NCBI GenBank assembly: GCA_958445895.1
Contig: CAUCTV010000004.1
Location: 716-64,715 of the forward strand
Source: an uncultured Collinsella sp.
GTDB taxonomy: Bacteria; Actinomycetota; Coriobacteriia; Coriobacteriales; Coriobacteriaceae
DNA length: 64,000 bases
Reading direction: 5' to 3'
Shown here one piece after another: positions 1 to 10,159 of this stretch. Position 1 is the stretch's first letter. Each line of letters opens with the position of its first letter. Below the pieces are notes generated by a model that was not told the DNA's origin, did no database searches, and saw nothing but the letters and a program-made list of their open reading frames with translations. A program made the translations under genes and the position numbers.

Positions 1-1
1 G

Positions 2-898
2 GGCGGTGTCGTGTCGACCCTGCGGGCGTATGTCCAGCCGGGCGATGCGGTGCTGGTCCACAGCCCTACCTACATCGGCTTTACCAAGTCCATCGAAGCC
101 GCGGGCTATCGCATTGTCCACAGCCCGCTTAAGCTCGACGACCAGGGCGTGTGGCGCATGGACTTTGAGGACATGGAACGCAAGCTCACCCAAAACCACA
201 TCCACGCCGCGGTGTTCTGCTCGCCGCACAATCCTTGTGGCCGCGTATGGGAGCGCGACGAGATCGAGCGCGCCATGGACATCTATCGCCGGCACGATTG
301 CGTGGTGATTTCGGACGAGATTTGGTCCGACATCATCTTGCCCGGTCACAAGCATATCCCGACGCAGTCGGTGAGCGAGGATGTCCGCATGCGCACGGTC
401 GCCCTCTATGCGCCCAGCAAGACGTTTAACCTGGCGGGCCTGGTCGGCAGCTACCACATCATCTATAACGAGACGCTGCGCGACCGCGTGTGCGCCGTGT
501 CCAATAAGACCCACTACAACGAGATGAATGTCCTTTCGATGCATGCGCTTATCGGCGCCTACCAGCCGCAGGGCTACGAGTGGCTCGATGAGCTCAACGA
601 GGTTATCGAGGGCAACATTGACTACTTCTGCGATTACGTGGACGAGCATTTTGAGGGCGTGTCCTATTCGCGCCCGCAGGGCACCTATATGGTGTTCCTG
701 GACTGCACGGAGTGGTGCTGCGTGCATGGGCACGATATTCAGTGGCTGCTCGACGAGGGGGCGCGTGTGGGCGTGGGCTATCAGGACGGCCGTCCATTCC
801 ATGGACCTTGCCACATTCGCGTGAATCTGGCGCTGCCGCTTTCGCGTGTAAGGGAGGCGTGCGACCGCTTGGACCGCTACGTTTTTAATGCACGGTAA
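2..898 (+). CDS. MalY/PatB-family PLP-dependent aminotransferase / cystathionine beta-lyase (5' end outside window)
   Basis: Motifs FCSPHNPCGRVW, ISDEIW, APSKTFNLAG (PLP lysine) and PQGTYM; the frame is open to the window edge. Confidence 0.9.
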   Translation, partial: GGVVSTLRAYVQPGDAVLVHSPTYIGFTKSIEAAGYRIVHSPLKLDDQGVWRMDFEDMERKLTQNHIHAAVFCSPHNPCGRVWERDEIERAMDIYRRHDCVVISDEIWSDIILPGHKHIPTQSVSEDVRMRTVALYAPSKTFNLAGLVGSYHIIYNETLRDRVCAVSNKTHYNEMNVLSMHALIGAYQPQGYEWLDELNEVIEGNIDYFCDYVDEHFEGVSYSRPQGTYMVFLDCTEWCCVHGHDIQWLLDEGARVGVGYQDGRPFHGPCHIRVNLALPLSRVREACDRLDRYVFNAR

Positions 899-1040
899 GT
901 GAGTGCTGCATGCGGGGCTGTCTGCCAGATTGGCTGGAAGGCCCCGTATGGTAAAGCATCTGTAACCATTGAGCGCAAGCGCGGTTTTGTCTGCTAATAT
1001 CTTTGCTCTTGAGTCTGTAAACAGGATCGTCTGGAGCTCG

Positions 1041-1910
1041 ATGAAAAGACCTCGTCGCTCGGCCGCCATATCGTTGTTTGTTGCGCTTGCAGTGGTGGGC
1101 GCCTTTGTCGTGGCGATAGCTGGCTGTTCCGGGTTGAATGATGGGGCCGCGGCGTCTGCATCAGAAGGCGCAGCCGCCTCGCAGGTCAAAGACGACAACC
1201 TTAAGACGCTCAACGTTGGCAGCGACCTCTATCCACCGTTTGTGTATAGCAACGAGTACGGCGATATTGTTGGCCTGGATGTCGATATTTTGACCGAGGC
1301 TTTGGGCCGCATTGGCTACAAGCCAAAGTACCAGCTGATCGACTGGGAAAAGAAGAAAGAGCTGCTGGCGAGCGGCGAGCTCGATTGCGTCATGGGCAGC
1401 TTTAGTATGACGGGCCGCGAAGGCGAGTATCGCTGGGCGGGGCCGTACCTTGCGAGCCGACAGGTGGTTGCTGTCGATCCCGAAAGCGATATCTACACGC
1501 TTGCCGATCTTGAGGGTAGGGTCGTGGCGGTCCAGTCCACCACCAAGCCCGAATCGATTCTGCTCAATCACACCAATGAAAACGTTCCGCAGATTAAGGA
1601 GCTCTACAGCTTTTCGGACCGCTCGTACCTGAACCCGGCGCTTGTCGAGGGCCTAGTCGACGCCATCGCCGCGCATGAGTCCTCGCTGCTCACCTACGAA
1701 AAAGACTATGGCGTGACGTATCGCATTTTGTCTGAGCCGCTGCTAGAGGTTGGTTTGGGCACCGCTTTCGATATCAACGACACACGCGGCATCGACGTTA
1801 AGCTCACCCATGCCTACCAAGAAATGCTTGCCGATGGCACCATGGAGCGCCTGGTGTCAAAGTATTTTGATGACCCTTCGCCCTTTTTGAATGTGGAGGG
1901 CCTGTCATGA
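1041..1910 (+). CDS. Amino-acid-type substrate-binding lipoprotein (SBP_bac_3)
   Basis: GGAG then ATG at 1041, basic N-terminus + hydrophobic stretch + lipobox IAGC; YPPF, GLDVDI, ELDCV...SMT motifs; stop overlaps next ATG (ATGA). Confidence 0.85.
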   Translation: MKRPRRSAAISLFVALAVVGAFVVAIAGCSGLNDGAAASASEGAAASQVKDDNLKTLNVGSDLYPPFVYSNEYGDIVGLDVDILTEALGRIGYKPKYQLIDWEKKKELLASGELDCVMGSFSMTGREGEYRWAGPYLASRQVVAVDPESDIYTLADLEGRVVAVQSTTKPESILLNHTNENVPQIKELYSFSDRSYLNPALVEGLVDAIAAHESSLLTYEKDYGVTYRILSEPLLEVGLGTAFDINDTRGIDVKLTHAYQEMLADGTMERLVSKYFDDPSPFLNVEGLS

Positions 1911-4099
1911 TTGATGCGTCCGACCACACCGCTCAGGAGCGGGGCGATCGTTCGGCACGGGAATGGCTCATCGTCGTCCTGTTGGGGATAGCGCTCTCGA
2001 TTGTTGCCGGCGTGACGAGCTACGCCTACACGACAGCTCAGGCCGAGCAGCGCTTTGCCGACGTTGTCGATTACGTGGCGACACAGAGCCTTTCCTACGA
2101 TGCGTTCAACAGCGCCTATGCGACCAAAAACCTGATTCGCGTTATGGAGATCGCCGGAGAGGCGGCGCGCGATATGGAGCGCGACGGCTCGGTGGATAAC
2201 GCTACGTTGGAGCAATATGCTGACCAGTTTAATGTGACAGCGCTGATCGTAACGGATGCATCGGGCAACTTGGTGTCCGAGTCCTCGAAGGATGACGTGG
2301 GCTACGAGTCGCTCGCCGCGAATCTCAAAGAGGCGCCTGTGCTGGAGGTGGCAGCCCATCCGCTTAAGTCCTATACCGCTCGCATTACGCTTGCGGACGA
2401 TTCGGTCGCAGACATTGGCTGCGTGGCCCGGCGGGACGGTGAGGGCATCGTTGTCGCGGTGAGGCACCAGAGCGCCAAGGCGGTCGCGAGCAATACGCTC
2501 AAGTTGCAGAGCTTGCTCGATGGTTATGAGACCATCGATAGCGGCAATATCGTGATCGAAAACGACGGTAAGGTCGTTGCGACCAACGCTGTTGAGCCCG
2601 CCGTGTCAGGCGTGTTCGATTTGCCTGCGACGGATGCCATCGTTGTCAACGGCATTAAGGAGCGTTGCCTGGCTGGTAAGGTCAGATTGGTTAACGACAG
2701 CGGTGAGTGGTATCTGGGCACATTTGGTAAAGCGCGCGATTTTTACGTGTACACCTATGCTCCCGCGCAGCGTTACTTTGAGGTTGTTGCCGCTGTTGTT
2801 GCCAGCGTGTTGGCACTCTACGGCGGTGTTATAGCCACTGTTGTGTTGGTGCGCCGCCGCGCCGAGAGCCAACGCTTTGCCGACCTGTTGCTGCAGGAGC
2901 GCGACTATGGCGACAAACTGGCAAAAGCGGCGCGCGAAGCTTCGTCTGCCAACTCTGCAAAGACGGAGTTCCTGCGTCGCATGAGTCACGACCTGCGCAC
3001 GCCCATCAACGGCATTCGCGGTATGGTCGAGGTGGGCAATGCCAACGCGGACGACTTGCAAAAGCAGACTGAGTGCCGCTCAAAGATCTGGACGGCGTCG
3101 GGACTGTTGCTCGACCTTGCGAACGAGGCACTCGATATGAGCCGCTTGGAGAGCGGGCAGGTCGACCTGAATCTCGTGCCTACAGATATGGTGGCCCTCA
3201 ACCGTGAGGTGTGCGATATTCTGGAGCGCCAAGCCGAGGAGCGCCTGGTGACAATTATCTGCGACCAACGGACTCTTGATCATCCCTATGCCCGGGTGAG
3301 CGTGACGCACCTCAAGCGTCTGTTGCTCAATATTGCCGGTAATGCCGTCAAGTACAACCGCCAGGGCGGCTATGTTCGCCTGACATGCCGCGAGGTGGAG
3401 CCGGTGGACGGTGTCCCCGTCTATGAATACACGATCGCCGATAACGGCATTGGCATGAGCGAGGAGTTTCAACAGCACCTCTACGAGCCGTTCAGCCGCG
3501 AGGAACAGCAGGTGGAAGGCGCTTCATCGGGAACTGGCCTGGGCGCGTCTATTGCCAAACAGTTGGTCGAGCTTATGGGCGGAACCATGAGCTTTACGAG
3601 CGCCTTGGGGCGGGGGACGACGTTTACCATTTGCCTGCCGTTTGAGAAGTGCAAGAGTTCCGAGATTCCCCAGGCAGTTCGCGTGGATGCAGGCGACAGC
3701 GACGTGATCCAGGGCCTGCGTGTTTTGCTCGTAGAGGATAACGACCTGAATGCCGAGATCGCACAGTTTACGCTCGACCGCGCCGGTGCCGTCGTGACAC
3801 ATGTTAAAGATGGCGAGTCTGCCGTCGAGACGTTTGCCGCGAGCGCGCCGCACGAGTACGACGTGGTATTGATGGACATCATGATGCCCGGCATCGATGG
3901 CCTTGAGGCCACGCGTCAGATTCGAGCGCTCGATCGCGAGGACGCCGCGACCACGCCGATTATCGCCGTGAGCGCCAATGCCTTTGCCGACGACCGTAGG
4001 CTTTCGCGCGAGGCGGGCATGAACGCGCATCTGAGCAAACCCGTGAGTTCTCAGGATCTCGTTGAGGCGCTTGCGCACATAGCCGCCGACGCTTCATAA
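1907..4099 (+). CDS. Membrane hybrid sensor histidine kinase / receiver
   Basis: Two TM segments around an extracytoplasmic domain, H-box MSHDLRTPING, NAVKY, DNGIGM, GTGLG, receiver LLVEDN...LMDIMMP...KP. Confidence 0.93.
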   Translation: MIDASDHTAQERGDRSAREWLIVVLLGIALSIVAGVTSYAYTTAQAEQRFADVVDYVATQSLSYDAFNSAYATKNLIRVMEIAGEAARDMERDGSVDNATLEQYADQFNVTALIVTDASGNLVSESSKDDVGYESLAANLKEAPVLEVAAHPLKSYTARITLADDSVADIGCVARRDGEGIVVAVRHQSAKAVASNTLKLQSLLDGYETIDSGNIVIENDGKVVATNAVEPAVSGVFDLPATDAIVVNGIKERCLAGKVRLVNDSGEWYLGTFGKARDFYVYTYAPAQRYFEVVAAVVASVLALYGGVIATVVLVRRRAESQRFADLLLQERDYGDKLAKAAREASSANSAKTEFLRRMSHDLRTPINGIRGMVEVGNANADDLQKQTECRSKIWTASGLLLDLANEALDMSRLESGQVDLNLVPTDMVALNREVCDILERQAEERLVTIICDQRTLDHPYARVSVTHLKRLLLNIAGNAVKYNRQGGYVRLTCREVEPVDGVPVYEYTIADNGIGMSEEFQQHLYEPFSREEQQVEGASSGTGLGASIAKQLVELMGGTMSFTSALGRGTTFTICLPFEKCKSSEIPQAVRVDAGDSDVIQGLRVLLVEDNDLNAEIAQFTLDRAGAVVTHVKDGESAVETFAASAPHEYDVVLMDIMMPGIDGLEATRQIRALDREDAATTPIIAVSANAFADDRRLSREAGMNAHLSKPVSSQDLVEALAHIAADAS

Positions 4100-4101
4100 A
4101 C

Positions 4102-4142
4102 AAATAGCTCGGTTCCAATACTGGTTGGAACCGAGCCATTTT
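4102..4142. terminator. Bidirectional intrinsic terminator between convergent genes
   Basis: 12-bp stem GCTCGGTTCCAA/TTGGAACCGAGC with A-run before and T-run after. Confidence 0.75.
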
Positions 4143-4168
4143 GCTATTTGCAGGACCTGTTTTTGGGC

Positions 4169-4648
4169 TTACTTTTCATGGATCTGCTTGCCGCAAAGAT
4201 GCTCAATCGAAATCTCGTAGAGTTGGACGCCCTTGATGTCTTTGGCGATTTCCTCTTCAACTTCTTCGGCAGAGGGGTAGTACTTAAGCGCGAGCTGGCG
4301 GACTTTGTCCTCGATAAACGCAGGTGTCTCATCTACCAGACGGCAACGACCAAAGACCACGGTGCTCATAACATAGGGAGCCCAGTCATCGTCCTTGTAC
4401 CACTCGTTGCCGTAAACGGTAAAGCAGACTTTATCATCACGCCTGAGTGAATCGACCTTGTGGCCAGCCTTGGCACCATGGAAATAAATCTTGTCGTGCT
4501 CGGCGTCAAAGAAGTAGTTGACGGGAATGGCATACGGGTAGCCACCATCGCCGTTGACGGCAAAGACACCGCGCTTGCAGATAGCGAGCAACTCGCGCGC
4601 TTCCTCGTCAGTGATGGCGCGTTTCTTTCGACGTAAGGGCCTAAACAT
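4169..4648 (-). CDS. Pyridoxamine 5'-phosphate oxidase-like / Nim-family flavin-binding protein
   Basis: MFRPLRRKKR start, GYPYAIPVNY, IYFHGAKAGHK, KVCFTV, STVVFG pattern. Confidence 0.85.
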   Translation of the reverse strand: MFRPLRRKKRAITDEEARELLAICKRGVFAVNGDGGYPYAIPVNYFFDAEHDKIYFHGAKAGHKVDSLRRDDKVCFTVYGNEWYKDDDWAPYVMSTVVFGRCRLVDETPAFIEDKVRQLALKYYPSAEEVEEEIAKDIKGVQLYEISIEHLCGKQIHEK

Positions 4649-4690
4649 CGTTGGCTTCCTTTCTAACTGTGCATGGTGGGTGGGCACAAA

Positions 4691-7528
4691 CTATAGCGAA
4701 ACAGTTCCGTTTTTCTTGATGCGGGCGAGGATGTTTTTGAGCTTGTTAAAGTCGAGCGGTTTGGGCAGATGGGCGTTCATGCCGGCATCGTGTGCCGCCT
4801 TGGCGTCCTCGGCAAAGGCATTGGCGGTGAGCGCGATGATGGGGATGTCGGCTGCATCGGCCTTCTCGCTCAGACGAATCGCGCGAGTTGCCTCGTAGCC
4901 ATCCATACCCGGCATCATGATGTCCATCAGGATCGTATCGAAGCTGCCGGCGGGACGACTAGTGTATAGTTCGACCGCTTCTTTGCCGTCGGCGGCGCGA
5001 GTTACGACGATGCCTTCGCTTTCGAGCAGGGCCTGGGCAATTTCGGCATTGAGCTCGTTGTCTTCGGCCAAAAGAACGTTCATGCCGGCAAGCGAGCAGC
5101 TGATCGCCTGCTCGTCCGCACCTTCTCTTGCCTGAGGGTTCTTGTCGATATCGAGCGGAATCTGGACGTTGAACGTACTTCCCATGCCGACCTCGCTCGA
5201 AATCTCAATCGTGCCGCCCATCATGTCTATGAGCGATTTGACGATCGGCATGCCCATGCCAGTTCCCTGAAATTTACTGCGGGCATCGTTGCCCTCTTGG
5301 GCAAACGGTTCGTAGATGTGCTTTAGAAACTCGGGCGACATGCCGATGCCGGTGTCCGAGACGCTAAAGCAAAACACGGCGTGCTCGTCGTCGACCGGCT
5401 TGATGGTCGATGAGAACGTGACGGTGCCTCCGTGCTTGTTGTACTTGATGCTGTTGTCGAGCAGGTTGACAATGATCTGCCGAATATGGGTGGGGCTGCC
5501 GATCATATATTGGTCGACAGCGTAGGGCTCGCTGGTGTCGAGCATGGTTATGCCGCGGTCCGATGCGCGGAGCTTGCACAGTACGAGCGCATTGTCGCAC
5601 AGCTCTTTAAGGTTGAATGATTCGTGCTCGAGTGTCACTTTGCGCTCCTCGATCCTGCCCATCTCGAGGATGTCGTTAATCAGTGACAGCAGGTGATTGG
5701 CGGCAACGCGCGCCTTGGCGCGGCTTTCGCGGGCGACCTGCATGTCGCCTTCTCTCAATTCCTCAATTTCGATAAGACCCAGGATGCCGTTGAGCGGCGT
5801 GCGGATGTCGTGGCTCATGCGCGTGAGGAAAGCGGTTTTGGCGGCGTTGGCGGCATCAGCTTTCTGCCGTTCTGTCTGTGCGCGGTAAAGCGACCAGACA
5901 AGGATGATGATGCCGGTGAGCAAAATGCAGATGACGACTGCCGCAATGACGATGCGGTTGCGGTAGAGAAGTCGGAACGCATCCGATTCTTGCGCCGAGT
6001 ACGATGTGGGGAAATAGCTGTTTGCAGAGAGCGATTCACCTGCATTGACGATGCCCTTATTGATGATTCCCAGCAGCTCGGGCTTGCCGCGCGAAATTAA
6101 ACACGATAGTTGCGCCGTGTTGGTGAGTTCCTGTGTTTCGAAATCCTCGATGTCGTAGATGTCGCGGAGAGTTTCCAGGCGCGTGCTGGAGACAATGATG
6201 CAACGTGCCTTCCCCTCATTGAGGGCTTTGAGCACCTCGCCGTCATTCGAATACTCGGTTACCGTTGCGTTCGGAAAGAGACTTTCGAGCTCAAAACGGT
6301 TAACGATTGTGCTCTTTGTACAAGCGATGTTCTTAAGGTCGCTGTTCAGGTTTTTGCCACTGTGAATGGCGGTCAGCGAAACCGTTCCCATCGAGTTTGA
6401 CTGGATGACCCCTGTCTGCTCGGCGAGCCAGTAGTCGCGAAACAACGGCAGGGCGACATCGATGGTTCCGTTGGAAAGGGCTTTGATCATTTGCTTGTTG
6501 TTCGAGAGTGCGATTGTATTGACCGTAATGCCAAACTTGTCGTGCAACGTCGTTGCAAGCGAGGCGAGCGACCCTTCCATTTCGCCGTCGTCATTTTGCG
6601 TACAGTAGGGAAGTTGGTTTTTAAGATAGCCGAGCGTGATGGTATTGCCGTTTTCTTTGAGCCAGGTGGTCTCGGTGCCGGTGAGCGATGACGAGCCACT
6701 GTTTTGGGTCGAGTAACTCGATTTGACTTCCTCGTTATAGCGCGGGTTATCGCGGGCGATGGTCGCCATGGCGGCGTTGATGTCGTTCATCAGGTCAGGG
6801 CGGCTTTTGGGAACGGCAAAATAGTAGTCGCTCGAGCCTACGTAGAACATGGGTGACGCATCGGGCGACGAAATGGTGTCGTTCATGATGACGGCGTCGA
6901 CCTCGCCGTCTGCAAGCGCCTCAAAGAGGGCACTGCCGGTGTCGATTTCTTTATAGGTGCAGGTAACGCCTTCGTCGGCGAGCCACTGCTGGCCGACGAT
7001 AGTTTGCATAACGCCGGCGTTGCAGCCGATGGTAAGGCCTTGGAGCGCCTGGGGGTCGCCTTTGGCAAGGTCGTCGCGATCGGGCCTGGCGTAGATGTAG
7101 TAGCGCTCAGTGCCCTCGGGGTTCGAGGAAAAGAACAGCTTCTGCTCGCGCTCTGCCGAATACGAGATGTTGGGCATGAGGTCGATTTCGCCCGCCTCGA
7201 GCATGTCCATAAGCTCGGAGAAGGTGCCGCTAACGTATTCGTATTGCCAGCCCTTTGTGTAATACGAGAGGGTCTGGAGGTACTCGTAGCCCCATCCCGA
7301 GAGGCGCTCGCCCGGCGTGCCTTCCTGGAAGCCTTTGTTGTTGACGAGCCAGCCAACGCGGACCGTCTTGACCTGCTGGTCGGAGTCGGCGGCAAAGGCC
7401 GGGGTGGGCATGACGGCGCTCAGTAGTGTGAGCGCAGCAAGCGCGACGGCTAGGGTGCGATATAGAGCTAAGCGAAGGACGGCGGAAGGTTTCACAGGCA
7501 ATCCTATCGAGTCGAGATAATACCGCAT
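4691..7528 (-). CDS. Hybrid histidine kinase with two fused periplasmic-binding (SBP_bac_3-like) sensor domains
   Basis: Signal peptide (…TPAFA), two SBP-like repeats (GEIDL, GTIDV), TM, MSHDIRTPLNG, NSIKY, DTGIGM, receiver LLAEDN...MDIMMP; start codon uncertain. Confidence 0.92.
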   Translation of the reverse strand: MRYYLDSIGLPVKPSAVLRLALYRTLAVALAALTLLSAVMPTPAFAADSDQQVKTVRVGWLVNNKGFQEGTPGERLSGWGYEYLQTLSYYTKGWQYEYVSGTFSELMDMLEAGEIDLMPNISYSAEREQKLFFSSNPEGTERYYIYARPDRDDLAKGDPQALQGLTIGCNAGVMQTIVGQQWLADEGVTCTYKEIDTGSALFEALADGEVDAVIMNDTISSPDASPMFYVGSSDYYFAVPKSRPDLMNDINAAMATIARDNPRYNEEVKSSYSTQNSGSSSLTGTETTWLKENGNTITLGYLKNQLPYCTQNDDGEMEGSLASLATTLHDKFGITVNTIALSNNKQMIKALSNGTIDVALPLFRDYWLAEQTGVIQSNSMGTVSLTAIHSGKNLNSDLKNIACTKSTIVNRFELESLFPNATVTEYSNDGEVLKALNEGKARCIIVSSTRLETLRDIYDIEDFETQELTNTAQLSCLISRGKPELLGIINKGIVNAGESLSANSYFPTSYSAQESDAFRLLYRNRIVIAAVVICILLTGIIILVWSLYRAQTERQKADAANAAKTAFLTRMSHDIRTPLNGILGLIEIEELREGDMQVARESRAKARVAANHLLSLINDILEMGRIEERKVTLEHESFNLKELCDNALVLCKLRASDRGITMLDTSEPYAVDQYMIGSPTHIRQIIVNLLDNSIKYNKHGGTVTFSSTIKPVDDEHAVFCFSVSDTGIGMSPEFLKHIYEPFAQEGNDARSKFQGTGMGMPIVKSLIDMMGGTIEISSEVGMGSTFNVQIPLDIDKNPQAREGADEQAISCSLAGMNVLLAEDNELNAEIAQALLESEGIVVTRAADGKEAVELYTSRPAGSFDTILMDIMMPGMDGYEATRAIRLSEKADAADIPIIALTANAFAEDAKAAHDAGMNAHLPKPLDFNKLKNILARIKKNGTVSL

Positions 7529-7568
7529 AAGGATACCAGCTCAGCCACCCTAACACCCGGCAGATGGG

Positions 7569-7681
7569 TAGTCATTGGGGACGTTCTTAAACGACTAGTC
7601 GCTGGGGACACTCTTTGCCGGAGTTGGCACTTAGGGACGTTCCCAATCTGTTTGACACAAAAGGAACGTCCCCAAGTGCCG
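7569..7681. repeat. Cluster of GGGAC-core palindromic (REP-like) repeats
   Basis: 18-bp inverted repeat GGCACTT(A/G)GGGACGTTCC at 7626-7643 and 7663-7680; motifs CGACTAGTC and GCTGGGGACACTC recur at 30457-30514. Confidence 0.7.
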
Positions 7682-7734
7682 GATGTGCGACAATACCGAG
7701 CAACGTGATGGGGCGTCTGGGAAAAGGGGTCGCG

Positions 7735-8160
7735 ATGAACAAGTTGAGGACGCTTGCCGACGTGTTGCGCCAGGCTGGCTTTGCGCGCATCACCGGCCTG
7801 TTCCTTATCTTCTACCTGCTGTGCTCGACGGTCGTCTGGCTGTCCGACCCTTCGACCCTTACGTTTGGCGATGGCCTCTGGTTTAGCTTTGAGACCGTAT
7901 CGACGATCGGCTTTGGCGATATCCCGGCCGAAACGCCGGTTGCCCGCGCTATCACCGTCGTTTTGAGCGTCATCAGCATCTTCTACATCGCCATGCTCAC
8001 GGGCGTGGCGGTGAACTACTGCAATACGCTCATCAAGATGCGCCAAAAGGACACCATGGCGCGCTTTATGGACGATCTTGAGCACCTGGAAGAGCTCGAT
8101 CGCGATGAGCTCGCCGACCTGTCGCGCCGCGTGCGCGAATATCGCCGACGCCAACGCTAG
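7735..8160 (+). CDS. Two-TM potassium channel family protein (Ion_trans_2), no RCK domain
   Basis: DGLWFSFETVSTIGFGD pore/filter motif between two hydrophobic helices. Confidence 0.88.
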   Translation: MNKLRTLADVLRQAGFARITGLFLIFYLLCSTVVWLSDPSTLTFGDGLWFSFETVSTIGFGDIPAETPVARAITVVLSVISIFYIAMLTGVAVNYCNTLIKMRQKDTMARFMDDLEHLEELDRDELADLSRRVREYRRRQR

Positions 8161-8197
8161 GGCGGGCGCCGCGCGTCACGATGAGGGGGACAAAAAT

Positions 8198-8731
8198 ATG
8201 AATATTACGGTATACCTGGGCGCCAGCGTCGGTAACGACCCGGCGTTTCTGCCTGCGGTGCGGCAGCTCGGCACATGGATTGGCTCCAACGGCCACGCGC
8301 TGGTATACGGCGGGTCCAAGTCGGGACTGATGGGCGCGCTCGCCGATAGCGTGCTCGATGCCGGCGGGTGCGTGACCGGTGTTGAGCCGAGCTTTTTTAT
8401 CGAGGCCGAGTTTCAGCACGATGGTATCGATGACCTGATCGTGACGAGCGACATGGCCGAGCGTAAGGCCAAGATGATCGAGCTCGGCGATGCGTTCGTC
8501 GCCTTTCCGGGCGGTACGGGCACGCTCGAGGAGATTGCCGAGGTCATGTCGGCCGTGTCGTTGGGACATCTGAGCGCACCGTGCATCCTGTACAACCTGA
8601 ACGGTTACTACAACGACCTCAAGGCGCTGCTCGAGCACATGATTGATAAGGGGCTTTCGAGCCCGAGGCGCCAGCAAGGCATTTACTTTGCCGAGGACCT
8701 GCACGAGATCGCATCGATTATCGGCAGCTAA
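8198..8731 (+). CDS. LOG-family (TIGR00730) nucleotide phosphoribohydrolase
   Basis: LVYGG..GLMG, MAERK, PGGTGTLEE motif. Confidence 0.92.
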   Translation: MNITVYLGASVGNDPAFLPAVRQLGTWIGSNGHALVYGGSKSGLMGALADSVLDAGGCVTGVEPSFFIEAEFQHDGIDDLIVTSDMAERKAKMIELGDAFVAFPGGTGTLEEIAEVMSAVSLGHLSAPCILYNLNGYYNDLKALLEHMIDKGLSSPRRQQGIYFAEDLHEIASIIGS

Positions 8732-8857
8732 GCCGTAGGCCTATCGCACGTGCGGCGCCCAATGGCGCCGTTCGCGGCGTGGATGGTCGGCACGTCCGCG
8801 CTGTGCCCGTCTTACAATAAAACGTATCCTTGTCGATTTTGACCACGGGAGGCCCCG

Positions 8858-10159
8858 ATGGACAACCTTGCAAAACCCAAAAACCGTGCGCTGTTTTTAG
8901 TTAGCGTAGCCGTGACCGGTGCGTTTGCAGGCGCCGCGGTCTGGCTGTTTTTCTTTGCGATGGAGCACGGTATCGACTATCTATGGACCGAGATTCCGCA
9001 TATGCTGGGCGTCGCTTCGCCCGAGCTCGCGAGCGGTCCGTTCGGTTTTTTGCCGTATCCGTTTTCCGTCTGCCTGCTGGGCGGCCTGCTGATCGGTCTG
9101 TACGAAAAGCTTACGGGCACCAAGACCGATGACCTCAACCAAGTGATGGCCAAGGTAAAGCGCGACGGCCGCTACCCGTACGACAACTTGGGCAAGCTTT
9201 CGCTTGCGGCATTGCTGCCGCTGCTGTTTGGCGGAAGCATTGGACCGGAGGCCGGCCTGACCGGCGTTATCGCAGGTCTGTGCAGCTGGGTCGGCGACCG
9301 CATGCGTCGCTTTGGCGCCGAGTTTAGGCAGCTCACACTGCTGGGTACTCAGGCTGCCCTGACGGCGCTCTTCACCGCGCCCGTGTTTGGCTTTGTGGCG
9401 CCGCTCGCCGGTAGCGCCGACGGCCAGGGCGCTAATGACGATGAGTCCGCGTCCGATGAGATCACGATCAAGCTTCCCAAGGCGCAAAAGACCGTGGTCT
9501 ACGGCATTGCGATTGCCGGCGGTCTGGGTACCTACCTGCTGCTCGGCCAGCTTATGGGCGGCGGCATGGGCATGCCCAGGTTCGAGTCCGCTCAGGTGGG
9601 CAACCTGGAACTTGTCTGGCTCATTCCGCTGGCGTTGGTCGGCACCGTATGCGGCTGGCTGTACTTTGTCTCTGAGCATGCAAGTGAGGCACTGTCCCAT
9701 GCCATAGGGGAGCGCCCTGTCGTCAAGGCCATGCTAGCCGGTCTGGCGCTCGCCATCTGTGGCACGGTCCTGCCCTACACCATGTTTGCCGGCGAGACCC
9801 AAGCCGACGTGCTCATGGAGACCTATCTGACCATTCCCGCCGGCGTGCTTATCGCGACCGGTCTGGTCAAGGCCATGCTGACGCCCGCCCTCATCAACCT
9901 GGGCTGGCGCGGCGGTCACTTCTTCCCGGTTATCTTTTCGGGCGTGAGCTTGGGCTACGGCTTCGCTATCCTTACCGGCGCCGATCCGGTCTTTTGCGTC
10001 GCCGTCTGCACGGCCTCGACGATGGGCGCCGTTATGCGTCAGCCGGTCATGGTTGTGGGCTTGCTGCTCATGTGTTTCCCGCTCAAGGGTATCGTCTGCA
10101 TGATCATCGCCGCCGTTATCGCCGCTGGCATTCCGCTGCCCAAGCCGCTGCGCAAGTAG
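8858..10159 (+). CDS. ClC-family chloride channel-like membrane protein (YfeO-like)
   Basis: Multi-TM protein with GGSIGPEAG and GWRGGHFFP motifs; GGGAGG RBS. Confidence 0.8.
   Translation: MDNLAKPKNRALFLVSVAVTGAFAGAAVWLFFFAMEHGIDYLWTEIPHMLGVASPELASGPFGFLPYPFSVCLLGGLLIGLYEKLTGTKTDDLNQVMAKVKRDGRYPYDNLGKLSLAALLPLLFGGSIGPEAGLTGVIAGLCSWVGDRMRRFGAEFRQLTLLGTQAALTALFTAPVFGFVAPLAGSADGQGANDDESASDEITIKLPKAQKTVVYGIAIAGGLGTYLLLGQLMGGGMGMPRFESAQVGNLELVWLIPLALVGTVCGWLYFVSEHASEALSHAIGERPVVKAMLAGLALAICGTVLPYTMFAGETQADVLMETYLTIPAGVLIATGLVKAMLTPALINLGWRGGHFFPVIFSGVSLGYGFAILTGADPVFCVAVCTASTMGAVMRQPVMVVGLLLMCFPLKGIVCMIIAAVIAAGIPLPKPLRK

Noticed and set aside
4169..4648. Proven metronidazole-resistance nim gene
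   Set aside because: Family resemblance only; such flavin-binding homologs are widespread and no activating IS is adjacent
7569..7681. CRISPR array from the recurring intergenic repeats
   Set aside because: No regularly spaced direct repeats with unique spacers and no cas genes; the repeats are inverted and dispersed
8858..10159. Fluoride-specific CLC-F exporter
   Set aside because: Lacks the GNNLI/GREGT/GEVTP signatures and no fluoride riboswitch is visible upstream
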